This document shows, in pieces, positions 37,832 to 46,785 of a stretch of 64,000 nucleotides of DNA (its first letter is position 1; each line of letters opens with the position of its first letter). The DNA comes from a virus. The stretch is from positions 4,514-68,513 of IMG/VR virus record IMGVR_UViG_3300042731_000990; one strand, given 5' to 3'. A program made the translations under genes and the position numbers. The notes under the pieces are model-generated. The model was given only the letters and a program-made list of their open reading frames with translations, was not told the DNA's origin and did no database searches.

Positions 37832-38040
37832 CAAAGAAGAGTTTACTTGATAGAGATAACATAGAGTTATTTATTCTTACACCAGAGGAGGATCAAAGAA
37901 TATCTGATCTCCTTACTTGGGATGAGACTATACAAGAGCCAGAGGACTTGTTTCTTACACAAGAATTTAAATCTCTATCTCTATGGAAAAGATTTTATCT
38001 AAGATTAAAAGTAGCCTTTTGGGTTACGTTGAGTCTATAA
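37828..38040 (+). CDS. Hypothetical protein (70 aa)
   Basis: ATGA-coupled to the previous ORF; acidic N-terminus, basic/hydrophobic C-terminus. Confidence 0.55.
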   Translation: MTKKSLLDRDNIELFILTPEEDQRISDLLTWDETIQEPEDLFLTQEFKSLSLWKRFYLRLKVAFWVTLSL

Positions 38041-38225
38041 CAGACTGGACAAGCACACGTATGGTTTATTTATTAATGTCAGCTATGTTGTTTATAGCAT
38101 GGTTGTTTAATTCATGGAACCTTGTGGGGTTTGTAGTAGTCATGTTAAATGTAAGTGTTTGGACTAGATTCTGTCCTAGTAAGTGGATCTTTGAAAAGCT
38201 AGGCTTTCAAAAAACAGATCTGTAA
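37983..38225 (+). CDS. Small 2-TM membrane protein, DUF2892/YgaP-TM-like
   Basis: Two TM helices followed by 'TRFCPSKWIFEKLG'; TAATG overlap with the kinase gene. Confidence 0.6.
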   Translation: MEKILSKIKSSLLGYVESITDWTSTRMVYLLMSAMLFIAWLFNSWNLVGFVVVMLNVSVWTRFCPSKWIFEKLGFQKTDL

Positions 38226-39127
38226 TGAGTGTTTTAGATGGTATATCTATCAGAAGTAGAATATGTCTACTCTGTGCTACTTTGATTATGCTGACTTTTT
38301 TTGTCTTTAAAACACTAGTAGTATTTCGTTATATACATCACAGTACTTTTACTCATTACTTTGAGTGGTTATCTGTTATTGCCTTTATGCCTCCTTTCTT
38401 TGTAGTTGTCAAAGAATTTTTAGAAAACAAGGAGATCATAAAACAAGATCTTGGTAAGAAGAATATATATCTAGAACATGCAGCAAAAATCATTAGACAT
38501 GATATGCACAGTGGTATCAATACTTACTTACCAAGAGGGATTAAGTCCCTTAACCGCAGACTTACTGAAGAAAATATTAAAGAACTCAAAATTGGATCAC
38601 CCCTCAAATTAATAGCAGATGGTTTACACCATGCTCAAAAAGTATATGCAGGAGTTTATGAGTTTACAAACTTAGTTAAAGAGAACGCACAGTTAAATAC
38701 CAAACCGCATAATATTAAAGAGATATTAGAAGACTACCTAAGACTAACAGCATATAAAAATCAAGTTGTCTTATCGGACAACTTACCACAAGGTTTAGAA
38801 GTAAATGAAGCTTTGTTTTGTACAGCTTTAGATAACTTTATAAGAAACGGTTTAAAGTATAATGACGCTGGTACAAAGTATGTCAAGATATACTTAGAGG
38901 CTGATTACCACAAAGGTTCTTTTATATGTGTAGAAGATAATGGCAGGGGTTTAACAGGTGAAGAGTTTATGGAACTCAGTAAACCTTATGCTAGGAAAGA
39001 AGGTCAGAAAGAATCTGGCACAGGATTGGGATTAAATATTTCTATTGAGATTTTAAGAGAGCATGGTTTTATAGTACATGCTGATAAGATAAAAGAAGGT
39101 GGTACAAAAATTTATATAAAGATTTAG
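38225..39127 (+). CDS. Membrane-bound sensor histidine kinase
   Basis: Two TM helices; H box 'IIRHDMHS'; N box 'DNFIRNGLKY'; G1 'VEDNGRG'; G2 'GTGLGL'; terminal 'GGTK'. Confidence 0.92.
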   Translation: MSVLDGISIRSRICLLCATLIMLTFFVFKTLVVFRYIHHSTFTHYFEWLSVIAFMPPFFVVVKEFLENKEIIKQDLGKKNIYLEHAAKIIRHDMHSGINTYLPRGIKSLNRRLTEENIKELKIGSPLKLIADGLHHAQKVYAGVYEFTNLVKENAQLNTKPHNIKEILEDYLRLTAYKNQVVLSDNLPQGLEVNEALFCTALDNFIRNGLKYNDAGTKYVKIYLEADYHKGSFICVEDNGRGLTGEEFMELSKPYARKEGQKESGTGLGLNISIEILREHGFIVHADKIKEGGTKIYIKI

Positions 39128-39130
39128 GAG

Positions 39131-39568
39131 ATGATTGATACATTGATGCTGATAGATGATGAGAATCTATTTCACTTGGTATTTGAAGATGCCTGCAGCA
39201 TGTTAGATATAGCTTTATCTATTGAGGCTTTAGATAGCTCTGATGAAGCAGATAAGAAGTTTAAAGCTTGGTTCCCTGATGATCCTGATCATGAAAGACC
39301 ACAGTGTGTCTTTGTTGATCTTAACATAATTGGATCTTCATACGATGGTATAGAAATGATCCGTAAAATAAATGAAGATTATGGTAACGGATGTGTTATT
39401 GGTATTATTTCTAGTAGTAGTGATCAGTCAGAGATTGAAAAAGCAAAAACAGTAGGAGCTCAGTTTTGGATTATTAAGTCTGATGACATTGAACCAAGAC
39501 TAGAAGAGTTTAAAGAAGATTATGAGGGGTATATAAATAAGACAAACCCTTTTAAAGTATATAGATAA
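39131..39568 (+). CDS. Single-domain response regulator (receiver only)
   Basis: 'LIDDE' acidic pocket; phosphoacceptor 'FVDLN'; 'DGIE'; 'IISSS'; conserved Lys in 'IIKS'; no output domain. Confidence 0.9.
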   Translation: MIDTLMLIDDENLFHLVFEDACSMLDIALSIEALDSSDEADKKFKAWFPDDPDHERPQCVFVDLNIIGSSYDGIEMIRKINEDYGNGCVIGIISSSSDQSEIEKAKTVGAQFWIIKSDDIEPRLEEFKEDYEGYINKTNPFKVYR

Positions 39569-39717
39569 TGAAGAATGTAATAAGGTTTGCTCTAGTGGTA
39601 TATGCAATAATTGCACTTACCAGTTGTAGTAAAAGTTATGAAACAGGATATGTAACTAAAGGTAATCCTGATAACAGTTACCTGGATACATGTGAAATAT
39701 ACTGCTGCGGTGATTAG
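39568..39717 (+). CDS. Small lipoprotein (49 aa, not in ORF track)
   Basis: MKNVIRFALVVYAIIALTSC lipobox; C-terminal CEIYCC; TAATG overlap with the receiver gene. Confidence 0.65.
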   Translation: MKNVIRFALVVYAIIALTSCSKSYETGYVTKGNPDNSYLDTCEIYCCGD

Positions 39718-40276
39718 TTCTAAAGACACCGTAAAGGAAGCTATACTTAAAGCCAAGTCTAAGAAAGTTTTTATAGAGGGAAACTTTGTTAAGCTGTTGG
39801 CTAAGACTTCTGATCCTGAAGTTAAAGAGTATATCCAAGAGTGTAAGAAGAAAGATCTTGCACAAAGACGTAAGCGTTTAGATATTACTAAGCAGGTCCA
39901 AGCTCAGAATAGAGAACTTGAAGAAGCTGCTGTGGTAAACAAAGCTCTACTTATTGACCTTGAAAATAAAATGGAGGAACTTGAAATCTCTAAGAAAGAA
40001 GCTGAAGGTTTACGTGATGAAGCTTTAAATGATTTAGAAGTGATGCAGAAGAAGACTCAGTTTGAGCTTATTAGCATTATAGTAAAATTAGCTCTTGCTG
40101 TTATAGTTGGAGTAGGTGTTACAACATCTGTTCTTTATATGTTTGTTTTATACCAGGGTTATGATTCTAAGATAATAGAGAGTACCTGGTCTAATTTATT
40201 TGGTATATTGTTAACTAATTCATTCAGTATAGTTGGTACCATTATGGGTGTCAAGTATGCTACAGAAAAAGAGTAA
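39692..40276 (+). CDS. Coiled-coil protein with two C-terminal TM helices (start may be GTG 39710)
   Basis: Long K/E/Q heptad region followed by two hydrophobic helices. Confidence 0.75.
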   Translation: MKYTAAVISSKDTVKEAILKAKSKKVFIEGNFVKLLAKTSDPEVKEYIQECKKKDLAQRRKRLDITKQVQAQNRELEEAAVVNKALLIDLENKMEELEISKKEAEGLRDEALNDLEVMQKKTQFELISIIVKLALAVIVGVGVTTSVLYMFVLYQGYDSKIIESTWSNLFGILLTNSFSIVGTIMGVKYATEKE

Positions 40277-40278
40277 TT

Positions 40279-40965
40279 ATGGCAGCAGCAAGATCTCATG
40301 ATGATGAGGTGTTTAAAGCAAAAAGAAGACCTAAGCGTCCAATTAAATTTAATATAACCCTTAATGAAGAGCAAAAGCATGCAAAAGCAGAGATACTTGA
40401 AAACCCAGTCACTGTCTTACAGGGTATGGCAGGAAGTGGAAAAACTTTGGTGGCAGTGCAAGTTGGGTTGGATCTCTTATTTACAAAGCAAATTGAGAAG
40501 ATTATTATTACCAGACCAACAGTTGCCAAAGAAGACATTGGTTTCCTTCCTGGAGATATCAAGGAAAAGATGGATCCGTGGCTTGCTCCTATATACCATA
40601 ACTTGTACTTACTATATGACAAAGTTAAGATTGACAAGTGTGTTGAAGAAGGCTCTATAGAGATTGTACCATTTGCTTTTATGCGTGGTAGAACTTTTAC
40701 TAATGCTGTAATTATTCTAGATGAAGCACAGAATGTTACCATGAATCAAATGGAGATGATGTTAGGACGTCTGGGTAAAGGTAGTAAAATGGTTGTGTGT
40801 GGTGATAAAGCTCAGATTGACTTACGTAATAAGAAAGATTCAGGCTTTGGTTTCTTATACACTTTAGAAGCACAGGTTAAAGGGTTTAAAGTGATTACTC
40901 TTAAAACAAATCACAGACACGAAATAGTAGAACCTATACTTAAGGTATACGAAGATTATAGATAA
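40279..40965 (+). CDS. phoH: PhoH-family ATPase
   Basis: GMAGSGKT; 'IIITRP'; 'IGFLPGD'; 'FMRGRTF'; 'DEAQN'; 'GDKAQID'. Confidence 0.95.
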   Translation: MAAARSHDDEVFKAKRRPKRPIKFNITLNEEQKHAKAEILENPVTVLQGMAGSGKTLVAVQVGLDLLFTKQIEKIIITRPTVAKEDIGFLPGDIKEKMDPWLAPIYHNLYLLYDKVKIDKCVEEGSIEIVPFAFMRGRTFTNAVIILDEAQNVTMNQMEMMLGRLGKGSKMVVCGDKAQIDLRNKKDSGFGFLYTLEAQVKGFKVITLKTNHRHEIVEPILKVYEDYR

Positions 40966-41120
40966 TGAATTGGCAATTAATGATTACAGCACACTGGCCT
41001 CATGATAGATTTGCATTAGGCTGGGAAGTACTGAACCCCACAACAGAAGTAAATTGGACTACTATTCAAGTATTCTTATTTATATTTACTATCAGGCTAG
41101 ATATATTTCCTGAAGAATAA
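40965..41120 (+). CDS. Small hypothetical protein (51 aa, not in ORF track)
   Basis: MNWQLMITAHWPHDRFALGWE...; TAATG overlap with phoH. Confidence 0.65.
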   Translation: MNWQLMITAHWPHDRFALGWEVLNPTTEVNWTTIQVFLFIFTIRLDIFPEE

Positions 41121-41167
41121 CGGTAAGTGAGGGAGAACTTAATCTCCCCCTCTCTTATCCCTTACCG
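41121..41167. terminator. Stem-loop at the end of the + strand module
   Basis: CGGTAAG...CTTACCG enclosing GGGAGA...TCTCCC; no strong U tract. Confidence 0.4.
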
Positions 41168-41349
41168 GCTTATTAATATCCATAGCAGTATGATACTTAG
41201 TGTGTACCTGGTTTAATACAATGTATACATAGCAAATTACGGAGTGAAACCGTGGAGGCACCTATGTTTTTTTTACTTGTACTGGATACTCTTCAATCCC
41301 TGTAAGCTGCAGGGCTACCTTATTATGTACACAAACCTCCCATAGTTTT

Positions 41350-41541
41350 TTAATCAGCTAATACAACGTCAACAATCTTTGTTTCAGTTACTGATTTAAC
41401 TTCAAAGTGGTATCCTTGTAGATGTGAAACAATCACTACTTCAGCATCTGTTACAGATACTGCTTCTACAATGTACTGTTCTGTGACACTACGGTCATCT
41501 TCATTTGTCCGTTTAATCTTCACGGAGTAATACTTCTTCAT
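41350..41541 (-). CDS. DUF4494-like small protein
   Basis: 'YSVKIK...TEQYIVEAVSVTDAE...ETKIVDV'. Confidence 0.7.
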   Translation of the reverse strand: MKKYYSVKIKRTNEDDRSVTEQYIVEAVSVTDAEVVIVSHLQGYHFEVKSVTETKIVDVVLAD

Positions 41542-41890
41542 CTTGAATTGTGTATTGGTTATTATTAGTGGAACGTAATTCTTTAAATAGTGCTTCTATT
41601 AGTACTAGGTAATTAATGGCATCACCAAACTTTTCATCAATCATATCTTGATCAGGTATGATATCTTCACATTCATACTCTCCTATAATTCTACGTATAG
41701 AGTATAAATGTTTTACTAAAAGCTCCCAAGCCACAGAGGTTGGTTCTTGATGCATACTAAAATCTGCTTGTTCTTTAAAGCTTTTTAAGGTGTCAGATTT
41801 TACACCATATTCTTTACCCTTAGATATAAGAACTTCTTTGCTCTTATAATATCTTTCAGTAAGTAATTTATTGAGTTCTTCAGTAGTCAT
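41513..41890 (-). CDS. Alpha-helical nucleotide-modification-associated (DUF1599/Nmad1-like) protein
   Basis: 'KGKEYG' and 'KH...EKFGDAINYLVL' motifs. Confidence 0.55.
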   Translation of the reverse strand: MTTEELNKLLTERYYKSKEVLISKGKEYGVKSDTLKSFKEQADFSMHQEPTSVAWELLVKHLYSIRRIIGEYECEDIIPDQDMIDEKFGDAINYLVLIEALFKELRSTNNNQYTIQDEEVLLRED

Positions 41891-42041
41891 GACTTTCTAT
41901 GATTTGTACAACTTTAGACCAATAGGTATCCCCAAAAGGAGCCATAGCAATTATCTGTCTTACTTGTGTAAGTGCCTGATCTCTAGTCTTATAACGATCT
42001 ATAAACTGTTTGGCTTTGAGTTTTGGATTTGGATATCCCAT
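41880..42041 (-). CDS. Small hypothetical protein (53 aa, not in ORF track)
   Basis: MGYPNPKLKAKQFIDRY...YWSKVVQIIESHDY*; overlaps the start of the next - strand gene. Confidence 0.55.
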   Translation of the reverse strand: MGYPNPKLKAKQFIDRYKTRDQALTQVRQIIAMAPFGDTYWSKVVQIIESHDY

Positions 42042-42050
42042 GATTTTACA

Positions 42051-42066
42051 GTATCTTTATAGTGTA
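42051..42066 (+). promoter_or_regulatory. Putative phage late-promoter motif GTATCTTTATAGTGTA
   Basis: Precedes the isolated + strand lipoprotein gene. Confidence 0.55.
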
Positions 42067-42087
42067 GTAACATTAAATTTACAAATT

Positions 42088-42249
42088 ATGCGGTACATAT
42101 TTATCATACTTTTAGCATTATTTGTAACAGGTTGTGCAACATCTAGCACATCATCACAAGTTACGTATGAACCTGTTACTTATACAAACTGTAATGACAC
42201 TAATTGCGATTATTACGCAACAGTGCACCACCACATTAGCATTCAGTAA
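42088..42249 (+). CDS. Small lipoprotein (53 aa)
   Basis: MRYIFIILLALFVTGC lipobox; CxxxxC and HHH in the mature part; hairpin ATAGGGTC-tga-GCCCTAT follows. Confidence 0.7.
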   Translation: MRYIFIILLALFVTGCATSSTSSQVTYEPVTYTNCNDTNCDYYATVHHHISIQ

Positions 42250-42290
42250 GACATAGGGTCTGAGCCCTATATCTACTGACATTCACTCTG

Positions 42291-43124
42291 TTAAAGTAAA
42301 TCAAATAAGTCTGTAGGCTCCTCTTGAACTTGAGGAGTTTCTACAGCTTTAACTGTTGGTACAACTTCTTGAATGATAGTTGACGGAACAGGGTTCTCAA
42401 TAACTTCTGTTGTCTGACTATTTATACAGTCGCTGAATATTCTATTCAGCTCCACATGTTTATCAGTAAAAGACATTGGACTCTGATCTTTTAGGGCATG
42501 GGTCATGTGGTTGTATAAATGCCAAGCACTATTAGTATCACCTGAGTATTGATACGTTGGGCTTTCAATTTCATTACGTACAATACTTAACTGGTGATTA
42601 CCAAGAACATTGTCCATGAATACTTTACCAATGATTTCATTTCTTAGTGAATCATTAAGTTCAGTTTCAATCATCTTATTCTTGTTATCAATAAGCTCTT
42701 TAAAGATTATACGAGCATTAGTGATTTGATCATTAATACTTGCCATTGCTTCTTGATGTGCATTACCCAAATGTTTTCTGCTGTATTCTCCATACTTGGC
42801 ACTGAGCATTCCGTTTAAACAAACAGTAACATAGGCTCCTACACCAGAGGAGAACTTACGTTGTTTGTTGTAACTATTTACCCAAGCAAACATCATTTGA
42901 ATATCTGGATCTGTTTCTGATCTCAGTAAGTGCTGACCTAAAGCAATCTGACCATTGCCAGTTGACTTATAGATACTCTTAGTAATCTCAATACCCTGAT
43001 TGTCTAGGGCTTTCTTTACTTCTGTTACAATATCCTTGTGTGGTATTGCTGCGTACCTGCCACCATGTGTGGGTACAGGAATGTTGAACAACTCTACGTT
43101 GTCAATAAATTTAGTCTTTCTCAT
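42291..43124 (-). CDS. DUF932/DUF945-like protein
   Basis: 'NSYN...GAYVTVCLNG...RKH' and 'SAWHLYNHMT'. Confidence 0.75.
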   Translation of the reverse strand: MRKTKFIDNVELFNIPVPTHGGRYAAIPHKDIVTEVKKALDNQGIEITKSIYKSTGNGQIALGQHLLRSETDPDIQMMFAWVNSYNKQRKFSSGVGAYVTVCLNGMLSAKYGEYSRKHLGNAHQEAMASINDQITNARIIFKELIDNKNKMIETELNDSLRNEIIGKVFMDNVLGNHQLSIVRNEIESPTYQYSGDTNSAWHLYNHMTHALKDQSPMSFTDKHVELNRIFSDCINSQTTEVIENPVPSTIIQEVVPTVKAVETPQVQEEPTDLFDLL

Positions 43125-45136
43125 AGGAATAACGTATACTGGTTAGTGCCTTCTATCTTTTTAATTTCGGCATCTATCTTGCTCAGATAGAATTGGTAAT
43201 TAATATTATAGTCAGCGATTGATTTTTCTTCAAACAGGTTGAAGACTGTTGTGTAATAAGGCCCTGCTTGTACTTGCTCCATTTTATCAGGATTCTCTTT
43301 GCTATGTTTAAATAGCTTTCCTCCTTTATTACTAATATAGAAACGAGTAACTTTTTGCTCCTTTGTCTTTTTGGTAGTACCAGTTGACAGATCTAGATAA
43401 TGACAATATAGATCTTGTTTTCTATTGATTCTAACACCACCACAAAAATCAAAGATATTGTGATTGGTATAGATATACTTCTCTGGTAGTATACCGTGCA
43501 CAAAGTAGTTGAATACAGCTTTCTTTATTACGAGGTATGATTTGTTCTTATGTAACGCAAGGTCATTAAACTCAAATCTACCTTTACATTTAGCAGGTGC
43601 GTAACCAAACCCTTCAGATGTAATTTTAAACAACCAAAACGGGTTATCTTTCTTTAGCTTATCCCATGTTTCCTTGTCAGTGTACTTGTAATCATAGACA
43701 GCAATGTAATTGTTTACATCTGCTAGCACAAGCTTTTGGTAAGTATCATGTTCAAGCTGGAGATTGGTTAAGTCTTCCCACTCTTTACATATCTCATAGT
43801 AAGTATCTACGTATTTACGAGGTATCAATGTTTCTAGACCGTCAGTATTCTGCATAAGAGGAATACAATCTGGTATCCGTTCAATGATCATCTCATATAA
43901 CATAGATAGACTAAGCTGACCATTCATTGTGATCTTCATAGTTAGTTCTGGATCGTACAAATAACTATTCTTGTCATTACTAAGCCCGTAAGTAGAGTTT
44001 AGAATAATCTTGTAGACGTAGTTTGTAGGATCAGACTTTGGAATTTTCTTTCTTTCATCAAAGAACCATTCATACTGCTCACAAAATTGTTCAGTAGGAA
44101 TATGTTCAGGTGACCATTTATTTCTAATAGCCAGGTTAGGATAGAAAGAAGTAACATCTGAAGACATAATGATCATCTCATCATTACTTTCATACACCCC
44201 TGCAGATCTAGCACCATGAATACCTCCTAAACCATAGTCAGTAGTACATCCCATATGATTAATGCGATGTTTAAAACCTCCTTTGGTTTGATCTACCATG
44301 ATAATAAGATCTTCAAAGACTTTAAGAACTGATTTAAAGATTGGACTGGTAAACTTCACGTACGGAAGTATGATGTTTTTTACTTTAATCATTTCCTTTT
44401 TAATAGGTTTGAGTCTCTTAATATCCTGTTTAGGTTTATTAAGTTTCTTACCTAAGAAGTAAGCAAATAGTTCTTTACTTATCCGGGGTTCACTAGCACT
44501 GTATAAAGAAATCTTGTATGTATTACTTAACTGCATACGTAACTGAATTAGCTTTTTGCTTTTATGAGCTAAGCTTTTAGTTGATGCTACATCATTGACA
44601 CAGTAAGAAAGAACCTCCTGGATCTGTTCTTTAGTATCAATAGTGTCAAGAAAATCAATGTCTGATTCTTTTAAATTATGCCAGTCTGTGGTAAACTGGG
44701 TCCACTTAAGAGAGGCCCTTTTTGCAAGGTTATCCCAGTGGTTCAGTTTGAAGATGTCTAATTGTCTAGTCTTCATTTTGTATTCACTGTAAGGAAGTCT
44801 GAAGTTTTCATCATTCCTTCCATTAATGATCTGACTAGATTTAATAAACAACTTAGAGCATACCTGATGTGGTGCAAGAGCGGTAAAGTGTTTGTGTGAA
44901 TCTAATATGTATTCAATGATTTGAGCATCATAGTCAAGATTATTAAAGCCTACAAACCAGCTTTGATTCTTAACCTCTCTTCTCATAAATTTAATTAGAT
45001 CTTGGTAATCATCTACCATGTGATGTATGATGAAGTATTCTCTTTCTTCTTCATGGTAGTCTTCAAATACTACACAGAAAAAGTTTTGAAATACCTCTAT
45101 ATCATATACCCATATTCTTCCTTTGCTATCACTCAT
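43121..45136 (-). CDS. Family B DNA polymerase with 3'-5' exonuclease
   Basis: Exonuclease 'YDIE', 'GFNNLDYD', 'YCVND'; polymerase 'DVTSFYP', 'KIILNSTYG', 'NTDG'. Confidence 0.92.
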   Translation of the reverse strand: MSDSKGRIWVYDIEVFQNFFCVVFEDYHEEEREYFIIHHMVDDYQDLIKFMRREVKNQSWFVGFNNLDYDAQIIEYILDSHKHFTALAPHQVCSKLFIKSSQIINGRNDENFRLPYSEYKMKTRQLDIFKLNHWDNLAKRASLKWTQFTTDWHNLKESDIDFLDTIDTKEQIQEVLSYCVNDVASTKSLAHKSKKLIQLRMQLSNTYKISLYSASEPRISKELFAYFLGKKLNKPKQDIKRLKPIKKEMIKVKNIILPYVKFTSPIFKSVLKVFEDLIIMVDQTKGGFKHRINHMGCTTDYGLGGIHGARSAGVYESNDEMIIMSSDVTSFYPNLAIRNKWSPEHIPTEQFCEQYEWFFDERKKIPKSDPTNYVYKIILNSTYGLSNDKNSYLYDPELTMKITMNGQLSLSMLYEMIIERIPDCIPLMQNTDGLETLIPRKYVDTYYEICKEWEDLTNLQLEHDTYQKLVLADVNNYIAVYDYKYTDKETWDKLKKDNPFWLFKITSEGFGYAPAKCKGRFEFNDLALHKNKSYLVIKKAVFNYFVHGILPEKYIYTNHNIFDFCGGVRINRKQDLYCHYLDLSTGTTKKTKEQKVTRFYISNKGGKLFKHSKENPDKMEQVQAGPYYTTVFNLFEEKSIADYNINYQFYLSKIDAEIKKIEGTNQYTLFL

Positions 45137-45687
45137 AATATAATGTTTACAGGTTGCAGCGTAAGAGTTTCTTTATTTGTATCTAACAGTGGACACAGCT
45201 CTCCAGTTGCTTTTAACTCATCAACATCCATAAATAAAAGTTTAGAGTATAGATCAAAATATCTCTCTGGATACAGATAACTGTTCATCCAGTGAAATGC
45301 TTGAGATTTAGTGTTCATATTAAAGTATTTAAGAATCTTGTCTTTATTAGCTGTACTCATTTGGCTGTAGTGACTATCTAAGAAATGATGATAGTCTTCT
45401 ACAAATGATTCTAAACTAAAGACATATGCTACTTTATTATTAGATAAATAGTGAAAGTCTACAAAGTGAAGATTATAGAATAATATAGATTTCTCAAAAT
45501 CGCGGTACTCCTGACTGTTTACCAAGTTGTAAACACAAATAAGGACATCATCATAAAATTTATAATGTTCCTCCCAAGAAGTAAAAGTATTCTCAGGTTT
45601 GTATTTAACAGATTTCTTAATGCCCAGTAAAGGATACAGGAATGTCTTAGACTTTTGAAAGAATTCCTTCTGCAATTTTGTTATCAT
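45133..45687 (-). CDS. Hypothetical protein coupled to the polymerase gene
   Basis: 184 aa; 4-nt overlaps at both ends. Confidence 0.7.
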   Translation of the reverse strand: MITKLQKEFFQKSKTFLYPLLGIKKSVKYKPENTFTSWEEHYKFYDDVLICVYNLVNSQEYRDFEKSILFYNLHFVDFHYLSNNKVAYVFSLESFVEDYHHFLDSHYSQMSTANKDKILKYFNMNTKSQAFHWMNSYLYPERYFDLYSKLLFMDVDELKATGELCPLLDTNKETLTLQPVNIIL

Positions 45688-46655
45688 AAATACACTCTGC
45701 CGGTTCTTAGTTCATATGGTAGACTAAAGTTACGGTTACTGATATGCCATTCTACTGCATCAAAGACTTTGAATGCATCATCTAATAGCTCTATAACTCT
45801 ATCATGGTTGAAGCTAAAGATACAAACTTGCTGGTATTTATCAATGACAATGAAATTAAATTCTACATCATACGAGGAGTATTCTGGTAGACTAGCTAAG
45901 GCCATGTAACTATACATACCTGCTTGCAGATCATAGTTGTAATAAGTAACAGTGTCTTTAAACTCTTTGACAGTTTTACCTGTGGTTTTAATATCATTAA
46001 TAACAATCTTCTTGTTATTATGATCTACGACAAGGTTGTCAATAAATCCACGGATGTTAAAACTATATTCTTTAAGTTCAGTAGTCATCATTATCTCTGA
46101 TTCAGAAGATAAATTGAATCCACTCTCACCTATTCTAAGTAAGTCCATAACACCTGGTGAAGACTTTAGTATTTCAGCATAGTTCTTACACTTGTCATAA
46201 GTGTCTTGGTCAACTACATCTTTACCTTTACTATTCCGGAGGTACTTAAAGTATTCAACGGACTCGTAGGTAAGAACCTTTTCTAGACGTTTACTATCTT
46301 CTTTGTAAGACTGATAGAGGTTACGGTCAATCAAGGTTTGTAGAATCAAAGTTTTATGATCAGCTAAGTTATCTGAAGCACTATCATCTAGATTAATGTG
46401 TATATGAAACAAAAGTTTAGCTACGTTATCTGTAGGAGTTTTAGAGGGGCTCACTACAAAGTTCTTTAGCAAGTTCTCTTCTTCAAGTATAAGGAGGTGT
46501 ACAAGCTTACCTTCTATAAGATGAGGTTCTAACTTCTCTTCACGTTCATCTTCTAAATAATGTTTCTGAAACAGTACTGGTGAGAACAGTAGTTTGTTAA
46601 TACCGCTGTAGCTCAAGACAGGATTGTCAAAGTAAGGATGATTAGATAAATCCAT
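45684..46655 (-). CDS. PD-(D/E)xK exonuclease (RecE/Cas4-like)
   Basis: 'LSYS', 'GKLVH', 'RGFIDNL...INDIKTT', 'YDLQAGMY'. Confidence 0.85.
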   Translation of the reverse strand: MDLSNHPYFDNPVLSYSGINKLLFSPVLFQKHYLEDEREEKLEPHLIEGKLVHLLILEEENLLKNFVVSPSKTPTDNVAKLLFHIHINLDDSASDNLADHKTLILQTLIDRNLYQSYKEDSKRLEKVLTYESVEYFKYLRNSKGKDVVDQDTYDKCKNYAEILKSSPGVMDLLRIGESGFNLSSESEIMMTTELKEYSFNIRGFIDNLVVDHNNKKIVINDIKTTGKTVKEFKDTVTYYNYDLQAGMYSYMALASLPEYSSYDVEFNFIVIDKYQQVCIFSFNHDRVIELLDDAFKVFDAVEWHISNRNFSLPYELRTGRVYL

Positions 46656-46785
46656 AAATGTTAAGTTGTTTAATAGGTTAAAGATTGATTCGGATTTTAT
46701 TCCGGTTTTAACCTGGTTAAAAATAATCTACGTGGTTGATTAAGGGGGATAATGACAATAGTGACAAAAATCCCCCTCATAAAAA

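Noticed and set aside
38225-40965. Calling the kinase and regulator PhoR/PhoB because phoH is adjacent
   Set aside because: The regulator lacks the OmpR-type winged-helix domain and the kinase lacks a PAS region and the PhoR-type H box. A phosphate link is unsupported beyond adjacency.
45684-46655. Cas4 as part of a CRISPR system
   Set aside because: No Fe-S cysteine cluster, no other cas genes and no array; it fits an ordinary phage PD-(D/E)xK exonuclease.
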